Positions 9,570 through 19,208 of a stretch of 64,000 nucleotides of DNA are shown here, one piece after another (the stretch's first letter is position 1; each line of letters starts with the position of its first letter). The DNA is from an uncultured delta proteobacterium (GTDB lineage: Bacteria; Myxococcota_A; Polyangia; Fen-1088). The stretch covers positions 384,001 to 448,000 of the forward strand of contig CAVYGB010000001.1 in the NCBI GenBank assembly GCA_963767925.1. The letters run 5' to 3'. The translations under genes were made by a program, and so were the position numbers. Under the pieces are notes generated by a model. That model was not told the DNA's origin and ran no database searches. It saw only the letters and a program-made list of their open reading frames with translations.

Positions 9570-12273
9570 GGGTGCAGGAAATCCTCGAGCGCCTTCAAGG
9601 TGTCCGGCGGGTAGGGCAGGGCTGGAAGGCTCTGTGCCCGGCCCACCGAGATACGACACCGAGCCTCAGTGTCCGGCTCGTCGATAGAAAGGTGGTCTTG
9701 AAATGCTTCGCCGGTTGCGAACGGGGCGCGATTCTCGCCGCTCTCAACATCCGTGCCGAGGTGGGGACCGCCCGTGGGGCGGCTTGCGCCAGACCCATGC
9801 CAGCGTCGACGCTCCCGCCCGTGGCCGAGTGGCTGCGCATTTCTCGCGGCCTGCCGGCGTCGCAGGCGGCGACGATGCTTGCCGCTCAGACGGCGGGCGG
9901 CCCGGCCGTGGTGTTCCGCTACTGCACGTCCAAGGGCGAACCCAGCTACGAGAAGTTTCGGCTCATCGATGAAAAGAAGTTCTGGCGGACGCCGGCGGGC
10001 AAGCCCGCACTGCTGTACGGGCTGGAGACTCTCGCAGGCGCGAGCCCGGACCTGGTCCTGGTGGTGGAGGGCGAGCTGGACGCGCACGCCATTCGTGCTG
10101 GCGGCCTGGGGCCCGTGGTCTCCGTGCCGGACGGGTCGGATTCGCGCCTCTCCTCGGAGCTGCTGGCGCCGCTCGCCCCGTTCAAGACCGTGGTCCTGGC
10201 CACCGATGCGGACGAACCTGGCGATCGCCTGGCCGAGCGGCTGGCTGTAAGTCTGGGACGGGAGCGCTGCCGGCGGCTCCGGTGGCCCGAGGCCGCCGGC
10301 AAGGACGCGAACGACGCGCTCAGGGCAGGGTGGGGCCTGGCCGAGCTGCGTGCGGCCATCGATTCGGCGACGCCCATGGAAGGCACACCGGCGGCATCTG
10401 GGGACTACGGGCTCGGATCCGACGTCCCCTATCGCGTGATCGGTAACCGCATCTGCCACGTCCGCCCGAACCGTAAAGGGGGAGAGATCGTGGTATGCCT
10501 CGCCCGCTTCGACTGCCGGATTTCCAGGCAGATCAAGTTCGACGACGGCTTCGACACCTCGCTGTTCTACGAGGTGACTGGTCGCCGGGAGAACGGCGAT
10601 TCGCTGCCCCCGGTCAGGGTCAGCGCGGTGGACTTCGGAACTCTGGCCTGGGTCGCCAAGCACTGGGGCGTGCGCGGTGTCATCGAGCCGGGCCAGGGCG
10701 TGCGCGACCACCTGCGCGTTGCGATCACGCTTCTGTCGAGCCCCGAGGAGGCCACCGTGTTCCGCCACACCGGGTGGCGCGAGATCGGAGGGCACTGGGT
10801 ATTTCTGTACAACGGCGGCGCCGTCGGCGCGGACAACCTGTCAGTCGAGCTCGAGGCGCCGCTCGATCGGTACGTGTTGCCCGCCAAGGCGGAGGACGTT
10901 CAGGAGGCGGTCGCAACTTCCCTGCGGATTCTGGACTGCGGTCCGCTCTCGCTGACCGTTCCGCTCGTCGGCGCTGTCTACCTAGCGGCGGTTTCGTTCA
11001 TCGTTGAAGCCGACACCTCGATCTGGCTGCAGGGAAGCTCGGGTTCGCTGAAGTCGACCCTCAGCGGCCTTGTTCTCCGACACTACGGCCGATTTCACCG
11101 CAAGGCCCTCCCGGCCAACTGGACTTCGACGGACAACTCCCTGGAATACCGCCTGTCGCTGCTCAAGGACGTCCTGTGTGTGATCGATGATTTCACGCCT
11201 CAGCCGAGCAGCAAGGCGCAGAGGGAAATGGAGGCGCGTGCCGAGCGCGTGATTCGAAGCGTGGGCAACCGCGCCAGCCGAGGACGTATGCGCGCGGACC
11301 TCACGCAGCGGCCAGACAGGCCGCCGAGGGGCCTGCTGTTGTCGAGCGGTGAGGATCTCTCCCGGTCGGGAGCTCGCTGCTCGCTCGGCTCTTCGTCGTC
11401 GAGGTCAACCGCGGGGAACTGAACGACCAGCTCATCAAGGAGCTGGAGGGTCGGGGAGACCGTCTCGGCCATGCATATCGAGGCTACGTCGAGTGGCTGG
11501 CTCCGCAGTTGTCACGTCTTCAAGTCGAGCTGCCGGAGATCGACCTGGCGATGCGCGACCATTTCCAGGGGAAGGGGGACCACCTGCGCCAGCCCGAGGC
11601 GATGGCGCACCTGTTTCTGGGCTTCGATCTCTTTCTTCGGTTCGCCCACGATGTGGGTGTCGTGGACTCCAATGCCGTCGAGTCATGGCGCGAGAAAGCG
11701 ATTGCGGCCCTGGAGGACAGCGCGCGAGCGCAGGCGCACTCGATGTGCGACGTCGACCAAGCCGAGATGATGCTCGAGGGCTTGCGAACGCTCCTCGAGC
11801 AGGGGCAGGTGCAGCTCGCGTCGGAGGAGGGGCACACCCGCTCCGATCGCGGCCTCGTGGTGGGGAAATACGATGGACAGGACTGCTTTCTCCTACCTCG
11901 GGCGCTGAAGAAGCACGTTCACGAGTTCTACCGGCAGTCCGGGGAACAGTGGAACCCGTCGCTCAAGGCACTGGGCAGCGCTCTGCTCAGGAAACGATAC
12001 ATCCGGCCGGCGCCCGAGAAAGGACGAAACCAGGTAGAGCGGCGCATGGACGGCGCCCGGATGCTGGGCTGGCTCATGCCGGTCGCTGTTCTTCGGCCGC
12101 CCACCGGTCCCGCCCACCGGTTCTCGCGCTCAAGTGGCGATACGGGCGATCTCTCCAATGGCTCGATTTCTCGGCGGATCTCGTTCGGCGAGGCCTCGCA
12201 GCCGCCAGATCCGCCAGATCCACCGGTTTCCGAGGGGATGGGGTACTGGAATGGCCGATCGAAAGGAGGATGA
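9566..12273 (+). CDS. Zn-finger/TOPRIM primase fused to a DUF927/Cch-like helicase (apparent 1-nt deletion at ~11361)
   Basis: CPAHRDTTPSL...CFAGC (Zn-binding), VVEGELDA / DADEPG / KDAND (TOPRIM), GSSGSLKS (Walker A), VLCVIDD (Walker B). Adding one C in the CCC run gives GEDLSPVGSSLLARLFVVE and joins the 11509-12273 ORF. Confidence 0.88.
12097..12228 (+). repeat. Iteron-like repeat cluster at the 3' end of the helicase
   Basis: CCGCCCACCGGT x2 (12097-12108, 12110-12121), inverted GGCGGATC (~12173-12180), CCGCCAGAT x2 followed by CCACCGGTT (12202-12228). Confidence 0.6.
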
Positions 12274-12274
12274 C

Positions 12275-12805
12275 GTGCCCTATGAAGCTGCGGAGATGAG
12301 GTTGTTTCTGTCAAGGCGCCTGTCCGAGGAGGCGGCGGCGGCCAGACAGCACCGGCAGTGCGAAGTGCCGGAGAGCAGGGGCGCTCCGCTCTCGGCGCCC
12401 ACGTCCTGCGATCTCACGCCGTTGCCCGGGTCATCCCGGGGCCAGCAGGTCGTCGCCGCATTCGGGGCGGTCTATCGGCGGCTCGAGCCTCACCTCGGGG
12501 ACGGTTGGATCGGAGCGTTCGCCAGGCTTGCCGGTGAGGCGCCCGCGCTCAGCTCAGGCGTCTCCGCTGCGGAGGAGACGGCGAACAGCGCTGGGATTGC
12601 CTACGTGAAGGGTGTGGGCTGCTGGAGCGAGTTTCGGTGGGCTCTTCAGCTCTTCGAGGCTGCTCTCGCCGCCGCTGCCGGCTTCCTCAGCGATCCGGCC
12701 GTCGCGACGACGAGCGGACCATCGGAGTGCCCATCGATGAAGGCCGGGCTGCCGCGCCGATCAGAGATCGAGGAGGTGACCTCGCTTCCTGGAGGATCAC
12801 GGTGA
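12275..12805 (+). CDS. Hypothetical protein
   Basis: AGGAGG at 12264-12269 then GTG at 12275; the stop overlaps the GTG of the next gene (GTGA). Confidence 0.55.
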   Translation: MPYEAAEMRLFLSRRLSEEAAAARQHRQCEVPESRGAPLSAPTSCDLTPLPGSSRGQQVVAAFGAVYRRLEPHLGDGWIGAFARLAGEAPALSSGVSAAEETANSAGIAYVKGVGCWSEFRWALQLFEAALAAAAGFLSDPAVATTSGPSECPSMKAGLPRRSEIEEVTSLPGGSR

Positions 12806-13045
12806 GTGCCACCGATCACCCGGGCGGACCAGCTGTCCCCGAGGGCGCGAGCGCCGGTGGCGACGGCAACGGGTTCGTCTTGCCTGCCAACACCAATCTC
12901 CCGAGTGTGCTTACGCCTCAGGAGCTTGCAGGCCTCCTCCGCATGCGCCCGCGTTCGGTCTATCAGGCCATCCAGCGCGGCGACCTGCCCGGCGTGCGGA
13001 GGATCGGGCGGAAGATCCGGGTGGATCGAGACACGGTGCTAAGAT

Positions 13046-14504
13046 CAATGCCGGTCGGTTAAGGGTTGGCATGATCGGGGCGTTTTCGCGGGAATTTGCT
13101 CATCTTGATCTTCACGGCTCGAGGGTATCGACGTGATCGGCGCCGCTCTGGAAGTATCAAGCGCGTGAAGATGTCCCGCATGTTCTTCAGTCTGGCCGGC
13201 AAAGCGCCGGGCGAAGCTACCGCACACCAGGACCAGGTATCGCAGATGATCCGAAGGGCGGTGACGAAGCTGATGCGCGTGGGCTCGACGCCGAGCTCGG
13301 CCGCGGTACGCGCCATCTCGAGACGAACCAGGTTGTACGCGAGAAGGATGCCCCAGGTTTCCTGTTCCACGCCAGCTACAGTTCGGCTTCGGATGCTCTC
13401 CAGGCGGTCGAGCATCTCGGTCTTGATCTCGTCAAACCCGAGTTCCAGCTCCCAACGCTCATGATAGAGGCCAACGACCTCTTGGGTCGGGTACCTGTCG
13501 GAGTCGAGCATGGACGTCAGCAACGTCTGCGGCTGAAAGCCCTTCATTTGATAGCGGATCGCACGGGCCAGGTGCGTCTTTGGCAAAGACGGATCGTAGC
13601 CCTTGGCCTGGGGAGACACGGTGAGTTCCACCAAATCCTCCTTCTTGGACAGGGAGCGCACGACCTTCCATTTCGTCGTGGACTTCGCGCGGGTCAGCCA
13701 GTGTCGGTTCTGGCCATCACGCGCCAGCGGAATCAGGATACCGGCTGCAAGGAACCCGCGGTCGACGACCACCAAAGAGTCGTTCGGGACGGATCGCCAC
13801 AATCCGGCGCTCAGCACGATCTCGCTGTCTCTGTACGGGCCAAATGCAGCCGCGGCGAGGATGTGCGAGCGGAGGGTCATTAGAGCTGCGACCCGAAGGA
13901 GCGGGTAGCCGCTGTCGCCTCTATCGCCGCTGGTTCCGCCGAAGTGCGCGCGATTCTCGGGCGAGTCCGCCACGCGAAGGGTAGAGCCATCCACTCCGTA
14001 GACAGCAAGGCCGCGCCACGCCTGCTCGCGCGCGCTGGCATGCGCCCATTTCTCGGCGCTCATCTCGAAGATGCGCTCGAGGGGAGCTGCTCCGAGTTCC
14101 TGTCGTGCCTCGACCACGGAGCTGGGCGCGACCGAAGCCGTCGGCCCCGGCAAAACGAGGTCCAGCTTCCCTACCAGGTCGTGGATCGGGAACTTTCGGA
14201 ACAGCGCCATTCCAATCACCAACCACACGACCTGCTCCGCCGGCAGCCGCCTCTTCCTCACAGTGGCCGTTCCCGTGGCCTCCAACGCAAGTGCGACCGA
14301 AGCGGGGTCGATGTGTTTGCGAACGTCCGCGAATTGCTCGGGAGACGTAAACGCGCTAACCGCTTTGAGAGAGTTTTCGAGGTGCATGGCTGGTTCCAAG
14401 TGCACCGCCATAATGGAAAAACTCTGGAGTAACTTCTATTGCTATTTTCTCCACAGGAAAACCGGATCAATTTCGATCGCTTGGCCGCTAACCGATCGGC
14501 ATTG
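13046..14504 (-). mobile_element. IS4-family insertion sequence, 1459 bp
   Basis: Terminal IRs CAATGCCGGTCGGTTA (13046-) and TAACCGATCGGCATTG (-14504). 10-bp direct repeat GTGCTAAGAT at 13036-13045 and 14505-14514. Confidence 0.95.
13059..14411 (-). CDS. IS4-family DDE transposase
   Basis: N-terminal RKRRLPAEQVVWLVIGMALFR, then GVDGS, VDRGF and YHERWELELGFDEIK (YREK motif). Start is 14411 or 14387. Confidence 0.95.
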   Translation of the reverse strand: MAVHLEPAMHLENSLKAVSAFTSPEQFADVRKHIDPASVALALEATGTATVRKRRLPAEQVVWLVIGMALFRKFPIHDLVGKLDLVLPGPTASVAPSSVVEARQELGAAPLERIFEMSAEKWAHASAREQAWRGLAVYGVDGSTLRVADSPENRAHFGGTSGDRGDSGYPLLRVAALMTLRSHILAAAAFGPYRDSEIVLSAGLWRSVPNDSLVVVDRGFLAAGILIPLARDGQNRHWLTRAKSTTKWKVVRSLSKKEDLVELTVSPQAKGYDPSLPKTHLARAIRYQMKGFQPQTLLTSMLDSDRYPTQEVVGLYHERWELELGFDEIKTEMLDRLESIRSRTVAGVEQETWGILLAYNLVRLEMARTAAELGVEPTRISFVTALRIICDTWSWCAVASPGALPARLKNMRDIFTRLILPERRRSRRYPRAVKIKMSKFPRKRPDHANP

Positions 14505-14563
14505 GTGCTAAGATGGCTGGCCGATGGCCAAGGTCGCGTCTCGCGTTCAGGACGGAGGAACGC

Positions 14564-15685
14564 ATGAGCGTGAGACGGAGAACCTACCGCGACCCGAAGA
14601 CGGGCGCGGTCTGCAAGCGCTGGACAGTCGACGTGGACTTCCAGCATCCAGACGGGCGGCGCATCCGGGTGCGGAAGGTGTCGCCGGTCCAGAGCCAGCG
14701 AGGGGCGGAGCAGTACGAACGGGAGCTTCGCAGGTCGCTCCTCGATGGCAGCTACGAGCGAAAGGAGTCAGCAAACTTCGAGGTGTTCGTGAACGAACGT
14801 TGGTTACCGACCTACCCGAAGTCGGTGGGCAACCGGCCCATGTCGATCCGGGAGAAGCGGATTCATTGCCGGCTCCATCTCATTCCATTTCTGCAGAAGT
14901 ACCGCATGGATCAGATCACCGGGGAGGTGGCTGCTCGGCTGTTCGCGGAGCTGCGGTCCGAGACCGAGGAGCGGGATCCCCTCTCGGAGAAGTCGATCAA
15001 GAACATCCGGGCGACGCTGCGGCGGATTCTCGCCTCGGCGAGGGAGTGGGGGGAGATCGCGACGATTCCAGATCTGCCCAAGGTGAAGGTGCCCGATGCC
15101 GGGTGGGACTTCTACGCGAAGGAAGAGAGCGATCGGCTCATCGCCGTCTGCCGGGACGACGAGGAGAGGGCGTTGCTGCTGTTCGCGCTCCACACCGGTG
15201 CGCGTGCGGGCGAGCAGATCGCGGTCGAATGGGGGAACATCGACTGGTACAACCACCTGGTGGTGCTCCGCCGATCGGAAACGCGCGGGGAGCTCGGGCC
15301 GACCAAAAGCGGAAGGGAGCGGAAGGTGCCGATGACGTTAACGCTGGAAAAGGCGCTCCGTCACATCAAGCACCTGCGGGGCGCGCGGGTGTTCTGCAAC
15401 CTGGACGGTACGCCGCTCACGCTCGACCAGCTCCACGAACGGCTGTGGGGGGCGCAGCGACGGGCTGGCTTGCGGAAGATTCGCTGGCACGACATGAGAC
15501 ACAGCTTCGCCTCCCAGGCTGCGATGGCGGGCGTGCCGCTGCCGCAGATCCAGAAGTGGCTCGGGCATTCCACCATCGCGATGACCATGCGATACGCGCA
15601 CCTGTCGCCTGGGGCGGGGGCGGAGTGGATCAAGACGTTCGAGAACGAGCCGGCGATGTTACCACCCGCCTCGTCGCGCGGCTGA
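14564..15685 (+). CDS. Tyrosine recombinase / phage-type integrase
   Basis: HTGARAGE (R), TKSG (K), HDMRHSFAS (HxxR), LGHSTIAMTMRYAH (H, Y); GGAGG RBS before ATG 14564. Confidence 0.95.
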   Translation: MSVRRRTYRDPKTGAVCKRWTVDVDFQHPDGRRIRVRKVSPVQSQRGAEQYERELRRSLLDGSYERKESANFEVFVNERWLPTYPKSVGNRPMSIREKRIHCRLHLIPFLQKYRMDQITGEVAARLFAELRSETEERDPLSEKSIKNIRATLRRILASAREWGEIATIPDLPKVKVPDAGWDFYAKEESDRLIAVCRDDEERALLLFALHTGARAGEQIAVEWGNIDWYNHLVVLRRSETRGELGPTKSGRERKVPMTLTLEKALRHIKHLRGARVFCNLDGTPLTLDQLHERLWGAQRRAGLRKIRWHDMRHSFASQAAMAGVPLPQIQKWLGHSTIAMTMRYAHLSPGAGAEWIKTFENEPAMLPPASSRG

Positions 15686-15686
15686 G

Positions 15687-15708
15687 CGGCACCCTGACGG
15701 CACCGTGA
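15687..15708 (+). repeat. Tandem 11-bp repeats, probable integrase arm-type sites
   Basis: CGGCACCCTGA then CGGCACCGTGA, between the integrase stop and the tRNA fragment. Confidence 0.55.
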
Positions 15709-15750
15709 ATGTCGGCTCCGTCAGTTCCGAAGCATTTCCGATAACTTAGT

Positions 15751-15777
15751 TAGCGACCCCAGCGGGATTCGAACCCG
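15751..15777 (-). other. tRNA 3' fragment (probably tRNA-Glu) serving as att site; not a full tRNA
   Basis: Reverse complement CGGGTTCGAATCCCGCTGGGGTCGCTA contains a T-arm and the acceptor 3' strand. No anticodon or D arm follows at higher coordinates. Confidence 0.85.
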
Positions 15778-15859
15778 GGCGTGTCGGCGGGGACTGCCTC
15801 GTGCGTGGGCGGGGGCGGCGAAGGCGGGGGGGGGATGGATTCTTCGGGGGCGGGGTCGA

Positions 15860-18800
15860 TTGCTGCGCTTCGGGGGGTGGTCTGCGCGTCACTATGGAGG
15901 GGCGGTGCCAAAGGAAGCGAGGTCCCGGGCGGCGGATGGCCTTGTCTCCCATTTGGGGGACGGGCGGCCCTGGTGCGCGCGTGGGCTGGCGGGGGTGGTG
16001 CTGGTTGTTGCGCTGGTGGGGGGGGCGCCTGTGGCGCGGGGGCTCGATCCGACGCGGCCGCTGGCGGCGTTCACGGTCGAGGCCTGGCGGGTGAGCGATG
16101 GGTTGCCGGGGGCCTGGGTGCGGGGGGTGGCGCAGACGGCGGAGGGATACCTGTGGGTCGCGACTTACGGCGGGGTGGCCCGCTACGGCGGCGACCGGGT
16201 GCTCACGGTGCCGGCGGAGCGGCCGTTCGAGCGGCTCTCGGACGTCAAGGGGGTGCTGGCGGCGGGAGACGGGCGGCTGTGGATCGCGCCGGCGGAGGGT
16301 GATCCGGTGTGCTGGCGGGCGGGGGCGCTGGCGCCTTGCCTGGCGGGCGGGCACAGGCTGGGCGCGGCGCCGGTGGCGCGCATCGAGGCGCTCGCGGGCG
16401 ACGCCGATGGGACGGTCTGGATCGCGGCGAGCGGCGGGCTGTTCCGGGTGGGGCGTGACGGGGTGCCGGCGCGGGTGCTCGACCGCGGCGCGCCTCCCCC
16501 CGGACCGATCGCGGCGCTGGCCCGCGATGGGCGCGGCGGGCTCTGGATCGGAGCGGCCGGCGGTCTCTACCTCGCGCGGCCAGAGCCGGACGCCACGACG
16601 AACGGGGCGGGCGTCCCCGGCGGAGGAGCGGTTCGTGGGGTGGCGTCGGCGACGGGTGAACGGTCCGGCGATCAGCCGAGGCCGGCGACGGGTGCGCCCT
16701 CGCGTGAGCCGCCGGCGATCGGGCCGGTGGCGGCGTGGACGCTGGGGGCGGTGGGGGCGATCTTCGCGGACCGGAGCGGGGGGCTCTGGGTGGCGGGGGT
16801 GGGCGGGCTGATGCGGCTGGGGCCGGGGGCGGGCGGGGCCAGGGACGGCGGGGGGGCGATCGAGGTTCACGATCGGGCGCGGGGGTGGCCGGGGGGGCGG
16901 CCGACGGGGGGGCTCGAGGATGCGGACGGGAACCTCTGGATCGCCACACGCGCGGGGCTGGTGCGGCTTCGCGAGGGGCGGTTCTCGCGGTACGGCCAGG
17001 CCGACGGGTTGCCCGACGAGGATCTCACGGCGATCTTCGAGGATCGGGAGGGGAGCCTCTGGCTGGGGACGCGCGGGGCGGGGCTGGTGCAGGTCACGGA
17101 CCGCACGCTCGACAGCCAGGCCGGGCCGCCTTCGCTGCGAAACGCCTTTATCAGCGCCCTGTGCGAGGCGGACGATGGGGCGCTGTTCGTCGCCACCGGG
17201 GCCGGGCTGGTGCGCTGGAAAGACGGCCAGGAGACGCGGTTCGGTCAGGCGCAGGGGTTGCCGAGCGACAACGTGTTGACGGTACATCCGGCGGCGGCCG
17301 ACGGCGCGCGGACCGGCGGTCCGGGGCCCGGGACGGGCGGGGTCTGGGTCGGCACGGACAGGGGGCTGGCGCGCTGGCGCGACGGGACGATCGATCGGCC
17401 GTTCGCGATCGACGCGGCGGTGTCGTCCCTGTATGTCGATGCGACCGGCGTGACCTGGGTGGGGAGCGCGCGGGGGTTGATCCGCGTGCAGGGGGGCGAG
17501 CACGCGGTGATCCCCTCGGCGCCGGAGCTCGAGGGGACCGAGATACGCGGGATCAACCACGACGACGGGGGGATCCTCTGGGCCTCGGCGGGGGGGCGGC
17601 TGGCCAGGCTGGAGGGGGGCGCGCTGCGATCGGCGCGGCTGATCATCGACGGCAGCCCGGTCATGCGGGTGCGCGCGCTCCACCGCGACGAGGCGGGGGC
17701 CCTCTGGGTAGCGACGGCGGGCGGGCTGGCCCGGCGGGCGGGCGGGCGCTGGCGCATGTTCACGATGGCCGACGGCCTGCCCGGGCACGAGCTGTTCCAG
17801 ATGGTGTCCGACGGGCACGGGTTCCTCTGGGCGGGCACCAGCCACGGCATCCTGCGTATCCCCGGCCGCACGCTGGTGAAGGGACCGCCCGACGGGGGGC
17901 CGCGCCTGGGCCTGGTGCTGTACGACACCTCGGGGCAGCGGCGCGACGTCGCGGCGACCCGGACGCGACAGCCGGGGGCGATCCGCGCGGGCGACGGCAG
18001 CCTCTGGTTCGCCACCGCGCGCGGGCTGGTGCGGATCGATCCCGCGCGCATGCGGCTGCGGCAGGTGGCGCCGACGGTGCGGATCGAGTCGGCGGTGCTC
18101 GACGGGCGGCCGGCGCGGCCGGGGGTGGACAACCACTTCGGGCCCGGGGCGGGGAACCTCGAGGTGCGGTTCGGCGCGATAACGTTGCTCGAGCCGCGCA
18201 AGGCGCGCCACCGCTACCGGCTGGAGGGGTTCGACCCGGGCTGGAACGAAGCGGGCGACCGCCGGACGGCCCATTACACGAACCTCCCGGCGGGGCACTA
18301 CCGCCTGCGGGTGCAGGGGAGCAACGCCGACGGGGCCTGGAACGAGGCGGGCGACACGCTCGAGCTGACGCTGGCGCCGCACTTTCACCGCACCGCCTGG
18401 TTTTACGGGCTGGTCGGGCTGCTGGTGCTCGGGGTGGGGTTCGCGGCCCACCGGCTGCGGGTCAGCCGGGTGCGCAGCGGGTTCGCCGCGACGCTGGCCG
18501 AGCGCAACCGCATCGCGCGCGAGCTGCACGATTCGCTGCTGCAGGGGATGGCGGCGGCGGCGATGCGGCTGCGCGGCCTGCGCAAGCGCGTGACCGGCGC
18601 GGGCGGCAACGCCCCCGATCCGCAGGCGGTGGGGCAGGAGCTGCGCGAGGTCGAGGCGCTGGTGGCGGCGAGCATCGTGGAGACCCGCCAGACGGTCATG
18701 GGGCTGCGCGAGCCGGCCGGCCCGGCGCCCGGCCTGGGGCCCGCGCTGACGGCGCTGGTCCGGCAGCTCGCCGAGGGCACCCCGGTGGCGACCGAGGTGA

Positions 18801-19174
18801 CGGTGGAGGGCCCGGTCCGCCCGCTCCGCCCGGCGCTGCACCACGAGCTCACGCGGATCGCGGGCGAGGCGGTGAAGAACGCCTTGCTGCACGCGGCGCC
18901 GACGCAGATAAATGTGGCGCTCTGCTACCGGCCCGACGCCCTCACGCTCTCGGTGCGCGACGATGGCCGCGGCTTCGATCCGGCGCTGGCCCCGGCGGCC
19001 GGGGACGGCCACTTCGGCCTGCTCGGCATCCGGGAGCGGGCCGCCCGCCTCGGGAGCCTGGAGCTGGCCAGCGCGCCCGATCGCGGCACCCATCTGGCGA
19101 TCACCGTGAACGGCCCCTACGTCGAGGCGCCGGCCTGGCCCAGCGGCGACGGCGACCCGAAGGACTTGGGATGA
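15860..19174 (+). CDS. Ligand-binding sensor histidine kinase (beta-propeller, Y_Y_Y, HisKA_3, HATPase)
   Basis: Repeated D-x-x-G-x-LW-x-x-T propeller units, YRYRLEG-like/YTNLPAGHY segment, one TM, ERNRIARELHDSLLQG, DDGRGF and GHFGLLGIRER. True start may be downstream. Confidence 0.92.
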   Translation: MLRFGGWSARHYGGAVPKEARSRAADGLVSHLGDGRPWCARGLAGVVLVVALVGGAPVARGLDPTRPLAAFTVEAWRVSDGLPGAWVRGVAQTAEGYLWVATYGGVARYGGDRVLTVPAERPFERLSDVKGVLAAGDGRLWIAPAEGDPVCWRAGALAPCLAGGHRLGAAPVARIEALAGDADGTVWIAASGGLFRVGRDGVPARVLDRGAPPPGPIAALARDGRGGLWIGAAGGLYLARPEPDATTNGAGVPGGGAVRGVASATGERSGDQPRPATGAPSREPPAIGPVAAWTLGAVGAIFADRSGGLWVAGVGGLMRLGPGAGGARDGGGAIEVHDRARGWPGGRPTGGLEDADGNLWIATRAGLVRLREGRFSRYGQADGLPDEDLTAIFEDREGSLWLGTRGAGLVQVTDRTLDSQAGPPSLRNAFISALCEADDGALFVATGAGLVRWKDGQETRFGQAQGLPSDNVLTVHPAAADGARTGGPGPGTGGVWVGTDRGLARWRDGTIDRPFAIDAAVSSLYVDATGVTWVGSARGLIRVQGGEHAVIPSAPELEGTEIRGINHDDGGILWASAGGRLARLEGGALRSARLIIDGSPVMRVRALHRDEAGALWVATAGGLARRAGGRWRMFTMADGLPGHELFQMVSDGHGFLWAGTSHGILRIPGRTLVKGPPDGGPRLGLVLYDTSGQRRDVAATRTRQPGAIRAGDGSLWFATARGLVRIDPARMRLRQVAPTVRIESAVLDGRPARPGVDNHFGPGAGNLEVRFGAITLLEPRKARHRYRLEGFDPGWNEAGDRRTAHYTNLPAGHYRLRVQGSNADGAWNEAGDTLELTLAPHFHRTAWFYGLVGLLVLGVGFAAHRLRVSRVRSGFAATLAERNRIARELHDSLLQGMAAAAMRLRGLRKRVTGAGGNAPDPQAVGQELREVEALVAASIVETRQTVMGLREPAGPAPGLGPALTALVRQLAEGTPVATEVTVEGPVRPLRPALHHELTRIAGEAVKNALLHAAPTQINVALCYRPDALTLSVRDDGRGFDPALAPAAGDGHFGLLGIRERAARLGSLELASAPDRGTHLAITVNGPYVEAPAWPSGDGDPKDLG

Positions 19175-19208
19175 CGGCGCTCGGACGCAGACGGCCACCG
19201 GAGAGGCG

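Larger units (their letters stand above)
12802..14567 (+). pseudogene. Excisionase-like HTH gene disrupted by IS4
   Basis: VLTPQELAGLLRMRPRSVYQAIQRGDLPGVRRIGRKIRVDRDTVLR. Removing the IS and one target copy restores ...VLRWLADGQGRVSRSGRRNA*, with TGA 14565-14567 overlapping the integrase ATG. Confidence 0.9.
1..15777. mobile_element. Integrated satellite/IME-like element; left end lies outside the window
   Basis: Contains tyrosine integrase, two xis-like HTH genes, primase-helicase, XRE repressor and defence-like cargo, and ends at a tRNA 3' fragment. No capsid, terminase, tail or conjugation genes were recognised. Confidence 0.85.

Noticed and set aside
11340..11380. Programmed frameshift between primase and helicase
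   Set aside because: No slippery heptamer, and the break falls inside the ATPase domain; an indel is the simpler explanation.
15751..15830. Full tRNA gene
   Set aside because: Only the T-arm and acceptor 3' strand are present; no anticodon or D arm.
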